From positions 1-64,000 of the forward strand of contig JBDROZ010000087.1 of the NCBI GenBank assembly GCA_043809585.1: a DNA stretch of 64,000 bases. The letters run 5' to 3'. The translations under genes were made by a program, and so were the position numbers. The notes beneath the pieces were generated by a model that saw only the letters and a program-made list of their open reading frames with translations, was not told the origin of the DNA and searched no databases. Shown one piece after another: positions 1 through 11,930 of this stretch. The stretch comes from Candidatus Eiseniibacteriota bacterium. GTDB taxonomy: Bacteria; Orphanbacterota; Orphanbacteria; Orphanbacterales; Orphanbacteraceae. The first letter of the stretch is position 1. Each line of letters opens with the position of its first letter.

Positions 1-2
1 TC

Positions 3-215
3 CAGAACGTCGAGAAGGCCGTGGCGATCGACGTGGAGTACATCGGCTCCGCCGAAACTCCCTGGGGGGACGTGCGCGCCGGGTTCGAGGGGAAGCTGAC
101 CATCACCCGGGAGGAGTTCGGCGTAGGCTGGACCGACATCAAGTACCGCCCGCCGCTCATCGGGAACGAGGTGGAGATCACGCTGAACCTCGAGTTGGTC
201 AAGTCCGAGGGGTAG
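3..215 (+). CDS. YceI-family protein, C-terminal part (5' truncated by window edge)
   Basis: 'V..DVEYIG...PWGDVRAGFEGKLTITREEFGVGW...IGNEVEITLNLE' matches the YceI beta-barrel C-terminus; frame open to the window start. Confidence 0.85.
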   Translation, partial: QNVEKAVAIDVEYIGSAETPWGDVRAGFEGKLTITREEFGVGWTDIKYRPPLIGNEVEITLNLELVKSEG

Positions 216-242
216 AGCGGACACCCGCCTTTCCGTACGAAC

Positions 243-280
243 GAGAAAGCCCCGGCCGCGCCGCGGTCGGGGCACTTCTC
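243..280. terminator. GC hairpin between convergent yceI-like and cyclophilin genes, possible terminator
   Basis: gagaa-gccccggccgcg / cgcggtcggggc-ttctc inverted repeat. Confidence 0.45.
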
Positions 281-308
281 TGTGCGGGCGTTCGTATGCA
301 GTTCGGTC

Positions 309-941
309 CTATGGCTGCTCCGTCTTCGCTTCCATCTCTTCCCGGGCGACGGAGAGGATCACCACATCCTGAAGGGGCACGTCCCGCGGGAGCGGAGGCT
401 TCGATCCCGTTTCGACCTTGCGGATCCGGTCGACCACGTCGAGGCCTTCGATCACCGTGCCGAAAACGCAGTACCCGAATCGGTCGGCGTTGTCGAAGTG
501 GTCCAGGTTCTGATTGTCCTGCACGTTGATGAAGAACTGGCTCGTCGCGGTGTGGGGCTCGGGAAGCCGGGCCATGGCGATGGTGCCTCTCGTATTGGAG
601 ATGCCGTTCGCCGCCTCGTTCTGTATCGCGTCCTTCGTCGGCTTCTTGACCAGGTCGGGCGTGAACCCGCCTCCCTGAATGACGAAGTTCTCCATCACCC
701 GGTGGAAGATGGTGCCGTCGTAGAACTTCTCGTCCGTATAGGCGAGGAAGTTCTGCACCGTGATGGGCGCCTTGTCGGCGAAGAGCTCGATCCGGATGTC
801 TCCCATCGAGGTCTTCACGAGAACCACGGGATTCACGATCTTCCCCTCCTCTTGCTCGGCCGCGGCGTCCTCGGCGTACGACGGGGCCGCGCCGGCGAGG
901 AGCAGGAATGTGGCGACGATGGCTGTACGGTAGCGTTTCAT
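309..941 (-). CDS. ppiA: Cyclophilin-type peptidyl-prolyl cis-trans isomerase with signal peptide
   Basis: Motifs APITVQNF, FYDGTIFHRV, FVIQGGG, GTIAMAR, ATSQFFIN, GYCVFG; N-terminal signal peptide MKRYRTAIVATFLLLAGAAPSYA. Confidence 0.93.
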   Translation of the reverse strand: MKRYRTAIVATFLLLAGAAPSYAEDAAAEQEEGKIVNPVVLVKTSMGDIRIELFADKAPITVQNFLAYTDEKFYDGTIFHRVMENFVIQGGGFTPDLVKKPTKDAIQNEAANGISNTRGTIAMARLPEPHTATSQFFINVQDNQNLDHFDNADRFGYCVFGTVIEGLDVVDRIRKVETGSKPPLPRDVPLQDVVILSVAREEMEAKTEQP

Positions 942-1109
942 GCGATCTCTCCCTTTCGGGCGGGGTTCGGGGTCCACGAGGCGATTCCATCCCTGGAAAC
1001 CCGAAGGGTACCAGAAGTTCCCCGCCGGGGCAATCGGGTCGGAAGAGGCGGGGACTCGACAGGAGCGCCCGAGTCTCGTAGCCTGTCATCGAAACTCCGG
1101 GAGGGCCCC

Positions 1110-2553
1110 ATGGCGCTTGGTTCCGAAATCGATCTCCTCCGGCGGGTGGGAGAGGTCCTCGCCGATCCCGCTCTCGGAGACGTGTTCCCCGGCGTCTTCT
1201 TCGAGATCGCCCGGACTTACACGGTTCCGGCGGGGGGGGGGGATACCGGCCGGGGCCTCCGGCCGTGCGGGGCCCCTCCGTCTCCGCCGCGGGGAGCGGG
1301 AGCGGTTCGTCGTCCTTACCGGCGCGGACGAAGCTTCGGGGAGGGAGGCCTGGCGCCGTGCCGTCGAGGATCTCGGGGGGGAGGCCGCCGCGCCCATCGT
1401 CGTCCGGGAGGTTCCGGGCCGAGAACGGAACGGACGTTACTACCCCGACATCTCCGGCCTTCTCCTCGGCGAGAACTACTACCCGATTTCGTATCTGAAG
1501 CCGATGGAGGGCATCGCCTATGTCTCCCTCGGTCTCGGCGCCCCGAACCGCGCCCACAGGGGGGCCCTCCGGTTCTCCCCCGCCCACCCGGACCTGATGC
1601 CCGATTTCTCCACGCCCGCGGACATCCTTCGGAATTCCCAGCGGAATTTCCTCGCCCTCGACCCGGCAGATCCTTCGGCGGGGCCGCTCGAGTTCGATCT
1701 GGGCGTGGCGATGAAGGACGGCGCCCTCGCCCCGGTGGGGAGCGTCTACTCGAGGGAGAACCAGGCCCTCTATCCCGGTGTGGGGCGGGAGGGGGTCAAG
1801 GTCGTCACCTTCGCCCCCATGCTCCGGGGGGGGGGATTCCCCCTTGCGAAGATCCTGAAAGAGCTGCTCGACCGATTCCGGGAGGCTTTTCGCGAACCCC
1901 TCGCCGTCGAGTTCGCGGTGAGTCTCGGGGGGGGGAGCGCGGGGGGAAGGGAACATCGCTTCATCGTCGAGCGGGTGACGGCGCAGTGGACCGGGGAGGA
2001 AGGGGCGCCGGAGCCCCTCGACCTCGAGAGTCCCGGCGACGATCTCCTCTGTTCCTCCGGCGCGGCCCTCGGGAACGGGACCTTTCCCGGTATCCGGGAC
2101 ATCCTCTGTGTCTGCCCCGACCGGTTCGACGTCTCCAAGTCCCACGACATCGGAAGGGAGGTGGGGCGGTTCGACCGGGGGCTCCGGGAGGGGGGGCGCC
2201 CCTATGTCCTGATCGGATCCGGGCGATGGGGGACTTCCGACCGGTGGCTGGGAGTCCCCGTGACGTGGGGGGACATCTCGGGCGCGCGCATTCAAGTCGA
2301 GGTCGGTCTCGAAGACTTCAACGTCGAGTCCTCCCGGGGCACCCATTTCTTCCGGGAGCTGACCTTCCACCGCATCGGCGCCCTGCACATCGGGCCGGGA
2401 AATCCGCGGGACAGGATCGATTGGGACTATCTACAAACCGCCCCCACCGCGTCGGAGGGGGAGTTCGTCCGCCACATCGCCCTCGACGAACCGCTCCGCA
2501 TCCGCATCGACGGCCGCCGCGGCCGCGCCGCCATATGGAAACCGCCCGCCTGA
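1110..2553 (+). CDS. Degenerate PEP/pyruvate-binding (PPDK_N)-like protein; +1 frameshift in G11 run at 1232-1242
   Basis: ATG at 1110 (MALGSEIDLLRRV...) is in one frame; homology to the 5884 and 7625 proteins (YYPDISG, VSLGLG, VEFA, LIGSGRWG, GTHFF, IDG) continues in the +1 frame after the poly-G. Confidence 0.75.
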
Positions 2554-2568
2554 CCCCGCCAAAAGAAA

Positions 2569-2590
2569 CGGGGCGGCCTCTGCCGCCCCG
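2569..2590 (-). terminator. Rho-independent terminator downstream of gdhA
   Basis: cggggcggc-ctct-gccgccccg hairpin preceded by an A-rich run on + (U-tract on -). Confidence 0.65.
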
Positions 2591-2616
2591 CCGGGATTCG
2601 GAATGAGAATCGGGCG

Positions 2617-4035
<1,419 letters not shown>

Positions 4036-4037
4036 TC

Positions 4038-4052
4038 AAGATTTTGAATCTT
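4038..4052. promoter_or_regulatory. Palindromic candidate operator in the divergent gdh intergenic region
   Basis: AAGATT-ttg-AATCTT in an AT-rich patch about 60 bp upstream of the gdhA start. Confidence 0.35.
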
Positions 4053-4455
4053 AACGGAAGGCCGCGGCGAAATCATCCAAACTTTTGCTAATCCTATCGG
4101 ACAGAATCCCTTTTGGACGGGAGTCGGCGGAAGGCGCTCCCTCCTCGACTTCTTCGCATTATTTTGTTTGATGACAGAGAGTTCGGCTCTGCCATCCGGT
4201 CGATTCTCTCCCGGAGTCGCCGGCGTGACGAGGCACGAGACCGTTCGGCAAAAGGAAGCGGCCCGATCCCGTCAACCCCCCTGTTTCCAATGCATTCACT
4301 ATCCTTGCCACCACGCCCGCGGGGGGAGTAATCTCGTAGGCGGTGCGAGGCACGATCGCTCACCGGCGGGCCTGCCGGGTCCCCGGGTCGATCGCGTCTG
4401 TCTATGCCGCGCTCCGCGAACGGGGTTCACGGGGACCGGGGGAAAGGGAAACGTG

Positions 4456-5745
<1,290 letters not shown>

Positions 5746-5883
5746 ACCGCCCGACGGGGTTTCCCTGGACCGGAGGACCCGTGCGCCCGAGCAACACGCA
5801 TCGACGACAAACCACGGCCCGGAAGCACGGGGGATAAAATCCGGCCCCGGAGAGGGCGACGGGATCCCCGCGGGGAGGAGGCC

Positions 5884-7632
5884 ATGGCCGGGGAACGGAA
5901 GAAGGATCTCCCCCAGTACGGGCGCCGCTTCTTCGGCGCGGCGGAGACCTTTACCCGGATCGGCGAGGGGGCCATCGGCGGGAAGGCCGCCGGACTCCGG
6001 CTCATTCACGACCACATTCTCCCCGCCGTCGAGCCGGACGAGTTCCCCTCGATCGAAGTCGTGGTACCCACTCTTACGGTCTTGACCACCAATCTGTACG
6101 ACGCGTTCGTCGAGCGGAACGGTCTCGATCCCTCATCGCTCGCCGAACTGCCGGACGACCGGATCGCCCACGAGCTGCAGAAGGCGGACCTGCCCGCCGA
6201 GTTCGTCGGCGACCTTTGGGGAATCGTGGACCGGGTGCGGGCGCCCCTCGCGGTCCGCTCATCGAGCCTTCTCGAGGACGCGCTGCAACATCCCTTCGCC
6301 GGCGTGTACGCCACGAAGATGACCCCCAACAACCAGCCCGACGTGGAGGCCCGCTTCCGGCGGCTGGTCGAAGCGATCAAGTTCGTCTACGCCTCGACCC
6401 ATTTCCGGGCGGCCCGCAGCTACCTCCGATCGATCCGACAGCCCGCGGGGTCGGAGAAGATGGCCGTCATCGTGCAGGAGATCGTGGGGACCCGATGGAA
6501 CGACCGGTTTTATCCCCACGTCTCCGGCGTGGCCCGATCATACAACTACTACCCCACCGGGCACGGCGAGCCGAAAGACGGAGTCGTCAGTCTCGCCCTC
6601 GGCCTCGGCAAACAGATCGTGGACGGAGGTCTTTCGTGGAATTACGCGCCTCCCTATCCGCGGGCGCCGGCCCCCTTCGGAGGCGTGCGGGACCTGCTTC
6701 GAAACACACAATCGAAGTTTTGGGCGGTCCACATGGGGCGCCCTCCCATGCCCGATCCGATCCGGGAGACCGAGTACCTGGTGGAGGCGGACCTCGAGGC
6801 GGCGGAAGCGGACGGCACGCTCGGCCGGCTCGCGTCCACATACGACGCGGCGTCCGACCGCGTCCGCCCCGGCATCGGGGCGAAAGGTCCCCGGGTGCTG
6901 GACTTCGCCCCCCTTCTGGCGTCGGAGGACCCTCCCCTGAACGATCTGATCCGGCGGCTTCTCTCGGTCGCCGAGGAGAAATCCGGCGCCGCCGTGGAGA
7001 TCGAGCTCGCCCTCACCCTCCCTGGACCGGGGCGGGAGAAGGCGCGGCTCGGCGTTTTGCAGGTTCGGCCGATGATGGTGAGCGAAGGGGATGTGGACCT
7101 CGCCGGGGCGGACCTGGACCGGCCGGGCACGCTCCTTGCCTCAGAGCAGGCCCTCGGCAACGGGGTCCGGGACGATATCATGGATGTGGTGTATCTGAAG
7201 CCCGGGGCCTTCGAGGCGCGGCACACGCCGCGCATCGCCGAGGATCTCGATGCGGTGAACCGGTCGCTCCTCGACGAGAACCGTCCGTACCTCCTCATCG
7301 GTTTCGGCCGGTGGGGATCCTCGGACCCCTGGCTAGGCGTTCCCGTGGAGTGGGGACAGATCAGCGGTGTCCGGGCCATCGTGGAGGCGACGCTCCCGGA
7401 CATGACCCCCGATCTCAGTCAGGGGTCTCACTTCTTCCACAACATGATCGGGTTTCAGGTCCTCTACCTTTCGGTCGGGCACACCGGGCCGCACCGGATC
7501 GACTGGGAGTGGCTGGACCGGCGGAAGACGGTCTCCGAGACCGATTTCGTCCGGCACGTCCGCCTCGAGCGTCCCCTCCGGATCGAGGTGGACGGCCGGC
7601 ACGCGCGGGGATGGGTGAGATACGATGAATAA
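5884..7632 (+). CDS. PEP/pyruvate-binding (PPDK_N ATP-grasp) domain protein without PEP-binding barrel
   Basis: IGGKAAGL, PLAVRSSSLLED, FAGVYAT, MAVIVQ, LGLG, EIELA, LQVRP; C-terminal GFGRWGS...SQGSHFF domain. Confidence 0.9.
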   Translation: MAGERKKDLPQYGRRFFGAAETFTRIGEGAIGGKAAGLRLIHDHILPAVEPDEFPSIEVVVPTLTVLTTNLYDAFVERNGLDPSSLAELPDDRIAHELQKADLPAEFVGDLWGIVDRVRAPLAVRSSSLLEDALQHPFAGVYATKMTPNNQPDVEARFRRLVEAIKFVYASTHFRAARSYLRSIRQPAGSEKMAVIVQEIVGTRWNDRFYPHVSGVARSYNYYPTGHGEPKDGVVSLALGLGKQIVDGGLSWNYAPPYPRAPAPFGGVRDLLRNTQSKFWAVHMGRPPMPDPIRETEYLVEADLEAAEADGTLGRLASTYDAASDRVRPGIGAKGPRVLDFAPLLASEDPPLNDLIRRLLSVAEEKSGAAVEIELALTLPGPGREKARLGVLQVRPMMVSEGDVDLAGADLDRPGTLLASEQALGNGVRDDIMDVVYLKPGAFEARHTPRIAEDLDAVNRSLLDENRPYLLIGFGRWGSSDPWLGVPVEWGQISGVRAIVEATLPDMTPDLSQGSHFFHNMIGFQVLYLSVGHTGPHRIDWEWLDRRKTVSETDFVRHVRLERPLRIEVDGRHARGWVRYDE

Positions 7633-10600
7633 GCCTTCGAAATCCCACCGGCGGCTCCTGGACGACCTCCAGGAGAGGGCCAAGGAACTGAACTGCCTCT
7701 ACGAGGTGGAGAACCAGCTCAACCGGACGGACGTCCCCTTGGACGAGGTCCTCCAGGGTGTGGTGGACGCGATCCCTCCGGGATTCCAGCATCCCCGGGT
7801 TTGCCGGGCGCGAATCGTCTACGGCGGGAAGGAGTTTCGTTCCGGCGAAATCTCCACGGCCGAATGGAGGATCGAGGTTCCCCTTCGGGTTCAGGACGAA
7901 CAGGTCGGCGGAATCTGCGTCTGCTACGTCGAAGAGATGCCCGCGGAAGACGAGGGCCCTTTTCTCGCCGAGGAAAGGCGCCTGCTGATCACGCTGGCCG
8001 ACCGTCTCGGCCACTACCTCTTTTACCAGAAGCTGCGGGATCTGCAGCACGACCTCGAGGTCGCCCGGCGGTCCGACTCCTCGGGAAGGGGGGATGATTG
8101 GCGCGCGCCCATCCATCTCCTTCGAGAATCGGACCGGGGCGCCTATCTCCGGATCGCCCGGCGCATGCTGAACCATCTGACGCGGATCGGCGTCGAGGAG
8201 GCCCGGGCGATTCTTACCGGCGGGCCGGGGGGCGCCGCCGACGAGGGAATCACGGAAGAGAGCAACATGCCGACCCGCGCCTGGAAACCCGACGTGCAGG
8301 TGCTGATGAGCGACCGGCCTTTCGAGATCGCCTCGGAGCATATTGGCGGGGAGGAGATCCTCTCCCGCGTCCAGCGCTGGGTTGCGGAGGACCGGGCCGG
8401 GAATTTCATCAAGCTCCTGAACAGCCAACGAACTTCTCTACCCGCGTTGGCCGACGGGATCCGTCGGTTCCATCTCTCGTCGACCGACGGCCCTAGGCTG
8501 CCGGAGTCGACCATGAAGAGCATCCGGGTCTCCCTGACCCAGAGGCTCCTCACGGAGCAACTCGACTTCGTTCGGACGGCGAAGGAGTTCGTCGAGATCG
8601 CGGATTTCGAGGAGCTGATCAAGCGCCTCATCATGCCCCCCGAGAGCCACGGCAAACTGGGGGGCAAGGGGGCGGGACTGATCCTCGCCCAGAAGGTGCT
8701 GGAGAGGACCCAGTCGGAAGACCGGCCCATCGGGAACGTCCGGATTCCGAAGACTTGGTACATCGTCTCGGACGGCCTTCTCGACTTCGTGGGACACAAC
8801 GATCTGCAGGACGTGATCGAGCAGAAGTTCAAGGAGATCGATCAGGTCCGGGACGAATACCCGAGCATCATCAGGCTTTTCAAGAGCGCCGCGTTCACGC
8901 CCCGCGTGGTCAGCGGTCTTTCCCTCGCCCTCGACGACTTCGGCGAGACGCCGCTCATCGTGCGGAGTTCGAGTCTTCTCGAGGACCGGATCGGCACGGC
9001 CTTTTCGGGCAAGTACAAGAGCCTCTTTCTCGCGAACCAGGGGACCAAGGAGGAGCGGCTGTCCGCCCTCGTGGACGCCATCGCCGAGGTGTACGCCTCC
9101 ACGTTCGGTCCGGACCCGATCGAGTATCGCCGGGATCACGGCCTCCTCGAGTTCAACGAGGAGATGGGGATCTTGGTGCAGGAGGTGGTGGGAACGAAGG
9201 TAGGGCGCTACTACCTACCCGCCTTCGCCGGGGTGGCGTTCAGCAACAACGAATTCCGGTGGTCGCCCCGCATCAAGCGGGAGGACGGCCTGGTCCGGAT
9301 GGTCGCCGGCCTCGGTACGAGAGCGGTGGACCGTGTCTCCGACGACTATCCGGTGCTTGCCGTCCCCGGCCAGCCGAAGCTCAGGGCGAACGTGGCTGTC
9401 CACGAGATCGTCCGCTACTCGCCCGGCAAGCTCGACGTGATCAACCTGGAGACCCGTTCCTGGGAGACCGTGCGGGTAGGAGATTTCATGGCCGAGTACG
9501 GCCGGAAGTACCCGGCCCTCCCGCTCGTCTTCTCCATTCTCCGGGACGACATACTCCAGAAACCGGTGGGCCTCTTGGTCGACCCCGAAAAGGACGAGCT
9601 CGTCGTCACCTTCCAGGAGCTCTTCACCGGAACGCCTTTTCTGACCCACATGCGCAACATGATGAGTCTCCTCCAAGAGCACCTGGGAACGCCGGTGGAC
9701 GTGGAGTTCGCCCACGACGGGAAGGACTTTTACCTTCTCCAGTGCCGGCCCCAGAGCTACGGGGAGGACTCCGTCCCCGCGCCGATCCCGAAGGACCTGC
9801 CCGAGCGGGACGTTTTCTTCACCGCCGACCGGTACGTGTCGAACGGATACGTTCCGGACATCACCCACGTGGTGTACGTGGACCCGGAGAAGTACGGAGA
9901 GATCGAGAGCCGCCAAGAACTGCTCGCCGTGGGACGGGCCGTGGGGCGGCTGAACAAGCTTCTCCCGAAGCGCCAGTTCCTACTCATGGGGCCGGGCCGT
10001 TGGGGAAGCCGGGGTGATCTGAAGCTCGGCGTCGGCGTGACCTATGCCGACATCAGCAATACGGCCATGCTCATCGAGATCGCCCGCCGGAAGGGGGGCT
10101 ACGTTCCCGACGTCTCCTTCGGCACCCACTTCTTCCAAGATCTGGTGGAGGCTCGGATCCGGTACCTCCCGCTCTACCCGGACGAACCGGGGGTGGTGTT
10201 CAACGAGAGGATCCTGAAGGAGTCGCAGAACCTCCTCCCCGAGATCTTGCCCGAGTACGCTCATCTCGCCGGGACGATCCTGGTGGTGGACGTGCCCGTC
10301 GCCACGGGGGGGCGGGTGCTCCGAGTCCTCTTAAACGCCGAACTGGACGAGGCGGTGGCGCTGCTCAGCGCCCCCGAGGAGGGCCCCCGGGCCCGCCCGG
10401 AGGTTTCGGCCGGCGGCGATTCCCAGCGGAAGCCGGTCCAGTACTGGCTGTGGCGGCTCAAGATGGCCGAACGGGTCGCGATGGAGATGGACGCCGGGCG
10501 GTTCGGCGTGAAAGCCATGTACCTGTTCGGGAGCACCAAGAACGCCACGGCGGGCCCGGCGAGCGACATCGATCTTCTCGTGCATTTCACGGGGGGAGAG

Positions 10601-10816
10601 GAACAGCGGCGGGATCTTCTCTCCTGGTTCGAAGGGTGGAGCCTTTGTCTCGGGGAGGTGAACTACCTCCGGACCGGATACCGGACCGAGGGGCTCCTGG
10701 ACGTGCACATCGTCACCGACGACGACATCGAGAAGCGAACGAGCTACGCCGTCAAGATCGGCGCCGTGACCGACGCGGCCCGCGAGCTCCCTCTTCGAAA
10801 GAGCGGCCGGCCTTGA
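7625..10816 (+). CDS. Multidomain protein: N-terminal sensory-like region, PPDK_N ATP-grasp, GTHFF domain, C-terminal nucleotidyltransferase
   Basis: LQERAKELNCLY...FLAEERRL N-terminus; LGGKGAGL, VRSSSLLED, FSGKY, VEFA, LLQCRP; GPGRWGS, SFGTHFF; C-terminal MYLFGS...SDIDLLV (pol-beta/MNT motif). Confidence 0.9.
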   Translation: MNKPSKSHRRLLDDLQERAKELNCLYEVENQLNRTDVPLDEVLQGVVDAIPPGFQHPRVCRARIVYGGKEFRSGEISTAEWRIEVPLRVQDEQVGGICVCYVEEMPAEDEGPFLAEERRLLITLADRLGHYLFYQKLRDLQHDLEVARRSDSSGRGDDWRAPIHLLRESDRGAYLRIARRMLNHLTRIGVEEARAILTGGPGGAADEGITEESNMPTRAWKPDVQVLMSDRPFEIASEHIGGEEILSRVQRWVAEDRAGNFIKLLNSQRTSLPALADGIRRFHLSSTDGPRLPESTMKSIRVSLTQRLLTEQLDFVRTAKEFVEIADFEELIKRLIMPPESHGKLGGKGAGLILAQKVLERTQSEDRPIGNVRIPKTWYIVSDGLLDFVGHNDLQDVIEQKFKEIDQVRDEYPSIIRLFKSAAFTPRVVSGLSLALDDFGETPLIVRSSSLLEDRIGTAFSGKYKSLFLANQGTKEERLSALVDAIAEVYASTFGPDPIEYRRDHGLLEFNEEMGILVQEVVGTKVGRYYLPAFAGVAFSNNEFRWSPRIKREDGLVRMVAGLGTRAVDRVSDDYPVLAVPGQPKLRANVAVHEIVRYSPGKLDVINLETRSWETVRVGDFMAEYGRKYPALPLVFSILRDDILQKPVGLLVDPEKDELVVTFQELFTGTPFLTHMRNMMSLLQEHLGTPVDVEFAHDGKDFYLLQCRPQSYGEDSVPAPIPKDLPERDVFFTADRYVSNGYVPDITHVVYVDPEKYGEIESRQELLAVGRAVGRLNKLLPKRQFLLMGPGRWGSRGDLKLGVGVTYADISNTAMLIEIARRKGGYVPDVSFGTHFFQDLVEARIRYLPLYPDEPGVVFNERILKESQNLLPEILPEYAHLAGTILVVDVPVATGGRVLRVLLNAELDEAVALLSAPEEGPRARPEVSAGGDSQRKPVQYWLWRLKMAERVAMEMDAGRFGVKAMYLFGSTKNATAGPASDIDLLVHFTGGEEQRRDLLSWFEGWSLCLGEVNYLRTGYRTEGLLDVHIVTDDDIEKRTSYAVKIGAVTDAARELPLRKSGRP

Positions 10817-11649
10817 GGTGCTTCTTCACGTCCGATCTCCACGGTCGGGAGGCGCGCTACGAGGCACTCTTCGGCGCCGTCTCCTCCGAGGGCCCCGACG
10901 GGCTCTTTCTCGGCGGGGATCTTCTCCCCCGCGCCGCCGATCCCGAGGAGTTCCTCGCCGAACATCTCTTCGGCCGACTGCGGTCGCTCCGCGGCGGGGG
11001 GCGGGCGCCCCGCTGCTTCGTCATTCTCGGCAACGACGATCCTCGGATCCATGAGGAGATCCTGACGGAAGCGGCAGAGGAAGGCCTGATCGAATACGTC
11101 CACGGGCGATCGGTCCCCTTTGGCCCATGGTTCGTGACCGGGTACGCCTTCGTCCCGCCCACGCCCTTCCGCCTCAAGGATTGGGAGAAGTACGATGTCT
11201 CCCGCCAAGTCGATCCCGGCTCCGTCTCCCCCGAGGAGGGGACGCGCTCAGTGGACGTGTCGCTTCGGGAGATCCGTTACGGGACCATCGCCGCCGATCT
11301 GGAGGAACTCGCGGCGATGTCGCCGCCGGAGCGCACCCTGTTCCTCTTCCACTCGCCCCCCTACAAGACCGCCCTCGACAGGGCCGCGTTGGACGGCAGG
11401 ATGGTCGATCATGCCCCGCTCGACGTCCACGTAGGAAGCGTGGCGATCGCCCGTTTCATCGAGGAGAAACAGCCCCGGGTCACCCTTCACGGTCACGTCC
11501 ACGAAGCCCCACGGCTCAGCGGCAGGTGGCGGGAGCGCATCGGAGAGACCCACGCTTTCACCGGATGCCATGACGGCCGGGGCATCGGCCTCGTGCGGTT
11601 CGATCCGGATCGCCCCGAGGATGCCACCCGGGAAGTTCTCGGAGACTGA
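10813..11649 (+). CDS. Calcineurin-like metallophosphoesterase
   Basis: SDLHG, LGGDL, ILGNDD, FHSPP, LHGHVHE motifs; TTG start overlaps the upstream TGA (TTGA). Confidence 0.9.
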   Translation: MRCFFTSDLHGREARYEALFGAVSSEGPDGLFLGGDLLPRAADPEEFLAEHLFGRLRSLRGGGRAPRCFVILGNDDPRIHEEILTEAAEEGLIEYVHGRSVPFGPWFVTGYAFVPPTPFRLKDWEKYDVSRQVDPGSVSPEEGTRSVDVSLREIRYGTIAADLEELAAMSPPERTLFLFHSPPYKTALDRAALDGRMVDHAPLDVHVGSVAIARFIEEKQPRVTLHGHVHEAPRLSGRWRERIGETHAFTGCHDGRGIGLVRFDPDRPEDATREVLGD

Positions 11650-11930
11650 TCCCCCCATCCCGGGAAGACCGTTCCCTTTCCCCTCCGGTCTGCTATTCTC
11701 GGCCCGGCCCCCGGAACGGCGGATCGGCCCCCGCGGCCCGCGCCGGTCTTCATCGAAAGGAGCGAATCATGGCCCGCTCTCCGCGCCGGATCACGGCGGC
11801 GATCGCCGACACGCTCCCGGGGTGGGTGGGACCGATCGCCGCCTACCCGTTCCGGGGGGGCGGACCGATGAACCGGCTCGAGAGGCTCCGCCGAATCGTC
11901 GATTGGTTCGAGAGGTACCTGTAAAGAGAG

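Noticed and set aside
5884-10816. Annotation as phosphoenolpyruvate synthase (ppsA) or PPDK
   Set aside because: No canonical GGxTSHAAI motif and no C-terminal PEP/pyruvate-binding barrel.
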